Part shown: positions 37,044-44,885 of the stretch, piece after piece | Numbering within the stretch: the stretch's first letter is position 1 | Layout of the letters: each line of letters opens with the position of its first letter | From: a virus | Taxonomy: Duplodnaviria; Caudoviricetes | DNA length: 51,077 nucleotides | Reading direction: 5' to 3' (one strand) | Virus record (IMG/VR): IMGVR_UViG_3300020735_000013 | Span: 1 to 51,077 of that record | Translations under genes and position numbers: made by a program | The notes under the pieces: model-generated | Told to the model about the DNA's origin: nothing | Database searches by the model: none | The model's input: the letters and a program-made list of their open reading frames with translations, nothing else

Positions 37044-38918
37044 ATGGATCAGTATCAAGAATACATTGCAGCTAGTCGTTACGCGCGCTATCAAGATGAC
37101 AAAGGCCGTCGTGAATCATGGCCAGAAACCGTAGCACGTTTTACAGATTATGTATTTAGTCGTACACCAGCAATCACTGACAACACAGAATTAAAAGCCG
37201 AGTTATATAACTCCATTGTTAACCTTGAATTGATGCCGTCCATGCGTGCCATGATGACTGCAGGAAAGAGTGCCGATCGTGACAATACTTGCGTCTATAA
37301 CTGCAGTTATCTCCCAGTTGATGATCCGAAGTCGTTTGACGAAGCGATGTTTATCCTCTTGTGTGGCACTGGAGTTGGTTTCTCAGTCGAGTCAAAGTAT
37401 ATTAGTCAGTTGCCGGAAGTGCCAGACCGTTTATTCGATTCCGAACATACCATTGCAGTCCACGATAGTAAAGAAGGATGGGCAAAATCCCTCCGACTCC
37501 TCCTTGCAAACCTCTGGGCCGGAGAAATTCCAAAGTGGGACGTCAGCAATGTTAGACCTGCCGGAGCACGACTCAAAACTTTTGGTGGAAGAGCTTCCGG
37601 GCCGCAACCATTAGTTGATTTATTTCAATTTGCAGTAAACATTTTTAAACATGCCAAAGGTCGTAAACTCAATTCATTAGAGTGCCATGACTTGATGTGT
37701 AAAATTGGTGAAGTGGTGGTAGTTGGCGGTGTTCGCCGATCAGCTATGATTTCACTTTCCGACCTGGACGACGAAAGGATTCGACATGCAAAAGCTGGAC
37801 CATGGTGGGACACTGCGCCACACCGCGCTCTTGCGAACAACAGTGCGGTGTATAACGAAACACCTACTGTCGGAAAGTTCATGGAAGAGTGGCTGTCACT
37901 TTACAACTCCCATTCCGGTGAAAGAGGGATTTTTAATCGGGAAGCTGCTAGAAAGACGGTTGAAAAATACGGGCATCGTGATCCAAATTATGAGTTCGGA
38001 ACTAATCCATGCTCGGAGATCGTTTTGCGACCATACCAATTTTGTAATCTCAGTGAGGTTGTAGTACGCCATGACGACGATAAAGAAACACTTTTACGTA
38101 AAGTTCGTTTGGCTTCAATTTTGGGTACTATCCAAAGTACATTCACTAAGTTCCCTTATCTGCGTAAAGTCTGGCAACGCAATACGGAGGAAGAGAGATT
38201 ACTTGGTGTATCACTTACAGGCATCTATGATAACAAACTCATGTGCACACAAGGAGAAAAATTAAATGAACTACTCGCAGAATTACGAATCTGCGCCCGA
38301 GACACTAATAAAGAATGGGCAGCAATTCTTGGAATTCCTGAAAGTGCTGCAATTACCGCAGTCAAACCCAGTGGAACAGTCTCTCAATTGGTTGATAGCG
38401 CTTCAGGAATTCACCCAAGACATTCCAAATATTACATTAGACGAGTGCGCGGAGATAAAAAGGACCCTCTTAGCCAGTTCTTGGTGTCCCAAGGAGTACC
38501 TTCGGAGGACTGCGTATACAAACCCGATCAAACGACAGTATTTAGCTTCGCTCAAAAAGCTCCAGACGGACTTACAAGGGGTGATGTTACCCCCATTTCC
38601 CACTTGGAACTCTGGCTCACTTACCAAAGACACTGGTGTGAGCACAAGCCATCAGTCACCATCTCAGTCGAAGAAAAAGACTGGCCAACAGTTGGAGCCT
38701 GGACTTGGGAAAACTTTGACGAAATCTCCGGAGTCAGTTATCTCCCCTACGATGGAGGAACTTACAGGCAAGCTCCATACGAGGAGTGTACAAAGGAAGA
38801 ATACGAAGCCCTCAAAAAGTCTATTCCAAACATTGACTGGTCTCTTCTCCAAGAAAACACCGACAACGTAGAAGGCGCTCAAATGCTTGCTTGTACTGGC
38901 GGAAGTTGTGAGATCTGA
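37044..38918 (+). CDS. nrdJ: Class II (adenosylcobalamin-dependent) ribonucleotide reductase
   Basis: PSMRAM, YNCS, TNPCSEI, FCNLSEV, KPSGT, C-terminal ACTGGSCEI; no beta subunit nearby. Confidence 0.9.
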   Translation: MDQYQEYIAASRYARYQDDKGRRESWPETVARFTDYVFSRTPAITDNTELKAELYNSIVNLELMPSMRAMMTAGKSADRDNTCVYNCSYLPVDDPKSFDEAMFILLCGTGVGFSVESKYISQLPEVPDRLFDSEHTIAVHDSKEGWAKSLRLLLANLWAGEIPKWDVSNVRPAGARLKTFGGRASGPQPLVDLFQFAVNIFKHAKGRKLNSLECHDLMCKIGEVVVVGGVRRSAMISLSDLDDERIRHAKAGPWWDTAPHRALANNSAVYNETPTVGKFMEEWLSLYNSHSGERGIFNREAARKTVEKYGHRDPNYEFGTNPCSEIVLRPYQFCNLSEVVVRHDDDKETLLRKVRLASILGTIQSTFTKFPYLRKVWQRNTEEERLLGVSLTGIYDNKLMCTQGEKLNELLAELRICARDTNKEWAAILGIPESAAITAVKPSGTVSQLVDSASGIHPRHSKYYIRRVRGDKKDPLSQFLVSQGVPSEDCVYKPDQTTVFSFAQKAPDGLTRGDVTPISHLELWLTYQRHWCEHKPSVTISVEEKDWPTVGAWTWENFDEISGVSYLPYDGGTYRQAPYEECTKEEYEALKKSIPNIDWSLLQENTDNVEGAQMLACTGGSCEI

Positions 38919-38963
38919 TCCATGGGATTGCCCTCCGCTAAACCTTATGAATTGGAATCTAGC

Positions 38964-39131
38964 ATGGACGTGGCAAGCCCATGCACCGGGGTCTGCAAGT
39001 ACCAACTGCATGACAACGTGTGCATCGGTTGCCGCAGAACCGAGGCAGAAATTACTGATTGGATGGGTTTATCAAACAGCGAAAAGCAACAGGTAATAAA
39101 TAGAATTAAAGAAAATTCCAACTACACTTGA
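38964..39131 (+). CDS. DUF1289-like small Cys-rich protein
   Basis: SPCTGVC..CIGCRRT.AEITDW. Confidence 0.75.
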   Translation: MDVASPCTGVCKYQLHDNVCIGCRRTEAEITDWMGLSNSEKQQVINRIKENSNYT

Positions 39132-39214
39132 GCACGGATAACCACCCAATAACTGCAGTGAGGGAGGCCCGCAAGGAAGGCAAGGTTGGTCAGGGGGTGC
39201 AAGTCCCCCAACTA

Positions 39215-39257
39215 TTTCACATTATGGGATCTTCGGATCCCATTTTTGCGTATTAGT
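39215..39257 (+). promoter_or_regulatory. Phage promoter with upstream palindrome variant, overlapped by a terminator hairpin
   Basis: tttcacattatggga starts 32 bp before tgcgtattagt; atgggatc-ttcg-gatcccat-tttt. Confidence 0.65.
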
Positions 39258-39307
39258 AGTACTAAGATAAATCGTAGATACGTCTACTTGCCATAGGAGC
39301 ATTAAGT

Positions 39308-39829
39308 ATGTCAAACACCTTCCTCATAGCCGATACCCATTTTGGGCACGCCGGCGTCTGTAATTTTCTCCGATACGATGGTACCAAGCTACGACCATGG
39401 ACTGATCCAGAACAAATGGATAAGGACATGGTTGAGTATTGGAACGATACCGTCCGTCCAAATGATAAAGTCTATCATTTAGGTGATGTGGTCATGCACC
39501 GCAAATCCCTACAAATTCTTAACCAACTCCACGGCAATCTTGTGTTAGTAAAAGGCAATCATGACATCTTCAAGCTCGAAGACTATACACCCTATTTCCG
39601 AGACATTCGTGCCTATATTGTCATGGATGGATTTATTCTCTCACACATACCAATCCACCCTGACTCTAAGGCACGATTTAAAGGGAACATCCACGGCCAT
39701 CTGCACGCCAATTCGCTTGACGACCCGTGGTATTGTTGCGTATCAGTCGAACACATTAACTACCGTCCAGTCAGCTGGGCCGATACTTTAAAACGAATGG
39801 AGAAGCAAAATGCAATTTCTAACGATTAA
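39308..39829 (+). CDS. Calcineurin-like metallophosphoesterase
   Basis: DTHFGH, HLGD, GNHD, SHIP, HGHLH. Confidence 0.9.
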   Translation: MSNTFLIADTHFGHAGVCNFLRYDGTKLRPWTDPEQMDKDMVEYWNDTVRPNDKVYHLGDVVMHRKSLQILNQLHGNLVLVKGNHDIFKLEDYTPYFRDIRAYIVMDGFILSHIPIHPDSKARFKGNIHGHLHANSLDDPWYCCVSVEHINYRPVSWADTLKRMEKQNAISND

Positions 39830-40910
39830 TAGCCTAGACGACTTGCTCCCATTCGTTGAGGAGAAGAAAGAGATTCACGTACGCACCACAGAAGATGGCT
39901 TTACAACGGTTATCTATCGCTTTATGGATAGCAACACCTTTGATACTGTAGAGTCATTAGAGGCCCGCGGCATTATGTTTGATGACCTTGGTAATGTGAT
40001 CTCGCGCCCACTGCACAAGTTCCACAATCTAAACGCCACGCACTCCGGAATTAACTCTTACACCAAAGAGTACATCTTGGCAAACAAGGATCAAGTGGCT
40101 GTGATTTATGAGAAGCTAGACGGCTCCATGATCTCGACTGCTAACTACCATGGTCAAGTTCGCCTTCGCTCTAAGGGCACATTCGATAGCGACGTGGTCA
40201 AATTGGCACAGAAGATTTATGATCAAAGCTCTAAGATTCAGCAAGTTTGTGAATTGTGCATTCGTGAAAATTGGACAGCTACCTTTGAGCTCACCCACCC
40301 AGAGGCACGTATTGTACTTGATTACAAACAGCCACAGTTACGTTTGCTCCATATTCGTGATAATATCACTGGCCGCTACTTGGTATGGGATATTGATAGT
40401 ATTGAAAAGTGCCCAACAATTCCATTAGATCAGCTCGAAACGATTTTGTCCGATGAGCACCTAGAAAACCTGCGCGACAAAGAGGGCTACGTGATCCAGT
40501 TCAAAGACGGCGACATGGTCAAGATCAAATGCCCATGGTATGTATCACTGCACAAGACTGTTACCTTTGTGCGTAAGCGCGATATTGTCGAGCTGGTACT
40601 TAATGAAACTTTGGACGATGTTTATGAGGCGTTTAAGAAGTTAGGAATTGATACCAAGAAGGTACAAGAGATTGAGCACAAAGTGGTTCAAGAATTGATT
40701 GAGATTGAGCAGGCTGTAGAAAAGCTACACAACGCCACTAAGGACTTGGAGCGCAAAGAGGTTGCCTTAGAGTACCGCAACAATTTGTACTTTGGCATGA
40801 TGATGAGTATGCGAGATGGTAAAGAGATTAAGACTAAAGAGTGGTACCGCAAAAACATCTTGAAGACTTGGTCTTTACAGGCAGTCGATAATATTGGAGA
40901 AAAAGAATGA
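39810..40910 (+). CDS. T4 Rnl1-like RNA ligase
   Basis: EARGIMF, PLHKFHN, motif I EKLDGS, TATFE, EGYVI, VKIK. Confidence 0.85.
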   Translation: MQFLTINSLDDLLPFVEEKKEIHVRTTEDGFTTVIYRFMDSNTFDTVESLEARGIMFDDLGNVISRPLHKFHNLNATHSGINSYTKEYILANKDQVAVIYEKLDGSMISTANYHGQVRLRSKGTFDSDVVKLAQKIYDQSSKIQQVCELCIRENWTATFELTHPEARIVLDYKQPQLRLLHIRDNITGRYLVWDIDSIEKCPTIPLDQLETILSDEHLENLRDKEGYVIQFKDGDMVKIKCPWYVSLHKTVTFVRKRDIVELVLNETLDDVYEAFKKLGIDTKKVQEIEHKVVQELIEIEQAVEKLHNATKDLERKEVALEYRNNLYFGMMMSMRDGKEIKTKEWYRKNILKTWSLQAVDNIGEKE

Positions 40911-41326
40911 AGACATTGACTTTAATTCGTGGCTTGCCAGGTAGCGGTAAGAGCACATTAGCTGTTAAGTTACAAGACGCCTACACCGTTGGAACTGAAG
41001 CCGATGCTTATTTTTATGACGACTATGGTAATTATGTGTTTGATGCAGATAAGCTAAAGCATGCGCATGAATGGTGCCAGAACGATGCTAGGGAATTGTT
41101 AGAGGCTGATTACAATGTTTTGGTATCCAACACCTTTACCACATTGCGCGAGATGAAAGAATACTATCTCATGGCCAAAGAGTTTGGCGTGCAATTAAAC
41201 ATTATCACTTGTCAGGGCCAATTTGGTTCTGAGCATGATGTGCCAGAAGAGACTATGGAAAAGATGCGTAAGCGTTTCTTTCACGGTGACGTAATTGCGG
41301 AATTGGGAAAACTATATGATCTATAG
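40907..41326 (+). CDS. P-loop polynucleotide kinase-like protein (AAA_33-like)
   Basis: LIRGLPGSGKST, VSNTF, HDVP..MRKRF. Confidence 0.82.
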   Translation: MKTLTLIRGLPGSGKSTLAVKLQDAYTVGTEADAYFYDDYGNYVFDADKLKHAHEWCQNDARELLEADYNVLVSNTFTTLREMKEYYLMAKEFGVQLNIITCQGQFGSEHDVPEETMEKMRKRFFHGDVIAELGKLYDL

Positions 41327-43259
41327 TATTGACTTTGAGACCCGTAGCGCCGTTGACTTAGCTGAACAGGGGCTGGACATATATGCCAATGATTCTTCAA
41401 CAGAAGTGTTGTGTATTGCGTACGGGGTTAATCCAAATAGTGTACAAGTAGCCTCTCCTCTACACAATCCAACATACAAAGAACATGCACTATTTAAGCA
41501 TGTAGTAGAAGGTGGCAAAATCCAAGCATGGAACGCTATGTTCGAGTACGCCATCTGGAACTGCGTCTGTGTGCCTAAGTACGGCTGGCCACCACTAAAG
41601 CTGGAGCAGTGCATTGACTCTATGGCCATAGCCGCGGCTAATAACGTGCCCCAATCTCTTGGTGATGCGGCTATCTTTATGGATAGCGCGCATCAGAAAG
41701 ACACCCGCGGCCGCTATTTGATCAATAAGCTATGCAAGCCCAAAAAAGACGGCTGGTTTGATGAGAGTGAGCCGTTAATGAAAGAGCTTTTTGATTATTG
41801 CGCACAGGACGTACGCACAGAGATGGCTATTGTAGCCGATTTAAGGCCCCTTACAGCCTCCGAAATGGATGTCTGGACCCTTACCCAGCGGATTAACCTT
41901 AGAGGCGTCCCAGTGGACCCTAAAGAGCTCCGTAATGCCATCGCTGCTATTGACTTCGTTCAGAACGACCTTAACGCCGAATGCCTAGCATTAACCGGCT
42001 GCAAGCCATCTGAGCGAGCCAAACTACTGGCCTGGTTAAATAACATGGGCGCGGGTATGGCTGATTTGACCGAAAAGACCGTTTCAGCTATGTTAGTGCA
42101 CACTAACTTACATAAAGACGTGCGCAGGGCTTTAGAGCTGCGCCAAGAAGGAAGCCAGACTAGCGTGGCTAAGTACGCTAAAATGTTGGAGATACAACGT
42201 GACGGAAGAATTAGGAATACCCTGGTTTACCATGGTGCTAGTACCGGTAGGTGGGCTAGTCGTGGTGGGCTTAATCTACAAAATATTGCTCGCCCTACAC
42301 TCGAAGATGATGAGATTGAAGCTGCAATACCGGGTGTGTTTGGTGGAGATGTGGGAGATGTGCTGCGAGCAGGAGTACCAATGGGCACACTTGCTTCCCT
42401 CGTCCGATCAGCAATTAAAGCTCCTGAAGGACGGACCTTCGTGGACGTGGATTTTAGCTCGATTGAAAACCGAGTTGGTGTGTACCTTGCGGGACAAAAA
42501 GATAAAGTTGAGCTTTTCCGAAAAGGTCTTGATGAGTACAAATTTTTCGCCGCTAATTCGCTCTACAGCATCCCGTACGAAGCTGTTACAAAAGATCAAC
42601 GACAAATTGCCAAGAGCGCGGTCTTGGGCGCAATGTTCGGACAAGGAGCAAAAGGTCTTGTCAAGTATGCTGAGGGAATGGGAGTAAGCCTTACCGAAGG
42701 GCAGGCAAAGAATGCAGTAGATAATTACCGCATGTCGTATGTGAAGGTAAAAGAGTTGTGGGCAAAGTGCGAGAGCGCTGCCATACAAGCAGTTGAGAAT
42801 CCCGGCAATCCATTTCGGGCCGGTGATAAGCTGGTTCTAAAGGTGGCCAAGGACGCTCTGTGGATGCAATTACCATCAGGCAGACTCATCTGCTGGCAAA
42901 GGCCACAGCTCGAGTTGCTCACCACTCCGTGGGGTGCTAAGAAGTTGGGCGTCACTGTGCACAGCCAAAACACTTACACTCGGCAGTGGAGTAGAAACGC
43001 GCTGATTGGTAGTTCGATTTTTCAATCCGCGGTACAAGGTACCGCTAGGGACTGTCTTGCCGTGGCTATGATTAACCTTGAGAAATCCGGTTACGAGGTG
43101 ATCAACAGTATCCATGATGAGGTTTTACTCCTAGTTGAAGAACAAAGCGCGGAGTCCGCATTATCTGACGTCATGCGAATTATGACGACACCACCAACGT
43201 GGGCTCCCGACTTTCCTCTTGCTGCGGAGGGCTGGATCAATAAGCGTTACAGAAAGTAA
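41316..43259 (+). CDS. Family A DNA polymerase with 3'-5' exonuclease
   Basis: IDFET exo I, AWNAMFE, YCAQDV, TGRWAS..NLQNI, DFSSIENRV, RQIAKSAVLG, IHDE. Confidence 0.93.
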   Translation: MIYSIDFETRSAVDLAEQGLDIYANDSSTEVLCIAYGVNPNSVQVASPLHNPTYKEHALFKHVVEGGKIQAWNAMFEYAIWNCVCVPKYGWPPLKLEQCIDSMAIAAANNVPQSLGDAAIFMDSAHQKDTRGRYLINKLCKPKKDGWFDESEPLMKELFDYCAQDVRTEMAIVADLRPLTASEMDVWTLTQRINLRGVPVDPKELRNAIAAIDFVQNDLNAECLALTGCKPSERAKLLAWLNNMGAGMADLTEKTVSAMLVHTNLHKDVRRALELRQEGSQTSVAKYAKMLEIQRDGRIRNTLVYHGASTGRWASRGGLNLQNIARPTLEDDEIEAAIPGVFGGDVGDVLRAGVPMGTLASLVRSAIKAPEGRTFVDVDFSSIENRVGVYLAGQKDKVELFRKGLDEYKFFAANSLYSIPYEAVTKDQRQIAKSAVLGAMFGQGAKGLVKYAEGMGVSLTEGQAKNAVDNYRMSYVKVKELWAKCESAAIQAVENPGNPFRAGDKLVLKVAKDALWMQLPSGRLICWQRPQLELLTTPWGAKKLGVTVHSQNTYTRQWSRNALIGSSIFQSAVQGTARDCLAVAMINLEKSGYEVINSIHDEVLLLVEEQSAESALSDVMRIMTTPPTWAPDFPLAAEGWINKRYRK

Positions 43260-44885
43260 CTATTGAGCCTTAATAACAGGTGTGTCATTGAAAAGCACAC
43301 CTGTTCCTGTATCTGTGTGGTAGCCACTGTAGCCAGCGTCTTTAATCATACGCTCCATATTGTTTATGGTGTGTTCAGGGCTGTGTTGCGTGATTCCCAT
43401 CTGCATCAGATAGGGATCATTGGTCCGAGACTTTGTATAAAAGTCTCCAGGGTCTTTTGAAATTGGGTAGCTATTTTGTGACACGCCGGTGTACTTATTG
43501 CCACCAACACCGCTCTCTGGAACAATGTTATCACCGTGGTAAAAATATGAACGTGGCGCGATGTCAGCCGCGTTAGCTAGGCGCGCTGCTTCAGCACCCT
43601 TCATGCCCGTGCCGTATTTTCTTGGATCCAAGGCTGTCAAATCAGCTTTGGGTGAGAAGTGCGTAAATGGTACTGTGACTGCGTGTGCTAATTTTCTAAT
43701 TGCACCGCCATCGGCTTTTGATAGCCTAGGGTCGTATGGGTTAAACTCACCACTATTTCCAATAGCAGACTTAATGCTGTATGGGTTGTAAGACACAACC
43801 TCGCTCAGGTTACCATCATGGTACTGAGCAAGACCATCGTAGCCCTGCTTTTGGGCGCGGCTCATTACTTCTTTACCAATATATCCTCTTGTGTCGTAGG
43901 CTTTTTCAATTATCTTATCGGCCTTATTCTCATCGACACCAAGCTGCATCAACGCGGCCTTCATCGGATCCCCACCACCTGTTGTAGTATGAATCTCTAA
44001 TGGATTTCTTAAATTTGTATGGACCGGCATTACGTACCCGCCGGCGTCACTAGCATAGTGGCTTGCAAACTCAGGGTTAGGTGTCATATAGATACCAGCA
44101 CCTAATGCGCCTTCTTTACTTTGCTTTAATTGAGATAGCGCCTCGGCACCACCTTTTTCGGATACGGTTGTACCGTGATAAAGTCTTTGTGGTATTTTAG
44201 ACTCTTCTAAAAATTTAGCCAGTGCCCCCATGACTTGACCACCTGGAGCATAGTGACCAACACTACCACCCTCGGCCTTCATAAAGTCTGTAGACTCTGC
44301 GTCTTCTGGGTTGTACTTAGCAAACTTGCCACGAATGTTTTGTGGCTTTAATACACCGACGTTAGGGACAGCAGCCTCGGTAACCGCAAAGCTATCGTGA
44401 CCAGTATCTCGTAGGTGCTGTAAAAACTCTGGGTGCTCCATAGTACCCCAGTTGTTGATTGGATCAGTCAGCCTGTCCATCATTCTGCCTGTCTTAACCT
44501 CTAACTCATCTGGCATCGCGTTAGGGTGTTTCTTTGCAATATAGTCCGCAACAACTTGCTGACTCTCAGCAGTAGCTGGGTCGAAATGTTTACCAAGGTT
44601 TACGCTTACTGGATAGATAGTCGCACCGGTCATGTACTGATCTGGTTGACCAACCATCTTTTCTATTGTCGCCTTACCGGGCACATAGTCATGTGCAAAG
44701 TCTGTGCTCTTGGTGACAAACGTTACACCAGGTGTATGCCACTCTGGTGGTTTTGTACCCTTAGTGGGATCAAATGCCTTAATGTTAGGCGAAGGGCTAC
44801 CATGGTAAAAGCCCTCAGTAAACTGGGCCTTATATGCAGCCTTTGCGTCTTCTAACAACGCCTTCATTTTAGCTAAGTTTGGCAT
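43260..44885 (-). CDS. Putative ejected polyvalent protein with tandem ART-PolyVal-like domains
   Basis: FYHGS..FVT..A..Y..YPV, LYHGT..GAGIYMTP..A..YA..VMPV..GYDG, and FTHFS..DAGYSGY modules separated by AxGG linkers. Confidence 0.6.
   Translation of the reverse strand: MPNLAKMKALLEDAKAAYKAQFTEGFYHGSPSPNIKAFDPTKGTKPPEWHTPGVTFVTKSTDFAHDYVPGKATIEKMVGQPDQYMTGATIYPVSVNLGKHFDPATAESQQVVADYIAKKHPNAMPDELEVKTGRMMDRLTDPINNWGTMEHPEFLQHLRDTGHDSFAVTEAAVPNVGVLKPQNIRGKFAKYNPEDAESTDFMKAEGGSVGHYAPGGQVMGALAKFLEESKIPQRLYHGTTVSEKGGAEALSQLKQSKEGALGAGIYMTPNPEFASHYASDAGGYVMPVHTNLRNPLEIHTTTGGGDPMKAALMQLGVDENKADKIIEKAYDTRGYIGKEVMSRAQKQGYDGLAQYHDGNLSEVVSYNPYSIKSAIGNSGEFNPYDPRLSKADGGAIRKLAHAVTVPFTHFSPKADLTALDPRKYGTGMKGAEAARLANAADIAPRSYFYHGDNIVPESGVGGNKYTGVSQNSYPISKDPGDFYTKSRTNDPYLMQMGITQHSPEHTINNMERMIKDAGYSGYHTDTGTGVLFNDTPVIKAQ

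Noticed and set aside
38887-39096. Alternative ORF overlapping the RNR end and the DUF1289-like gene
   Set aside because: The other frame carries a clear Cys motif; this one has no supportable start or motif.
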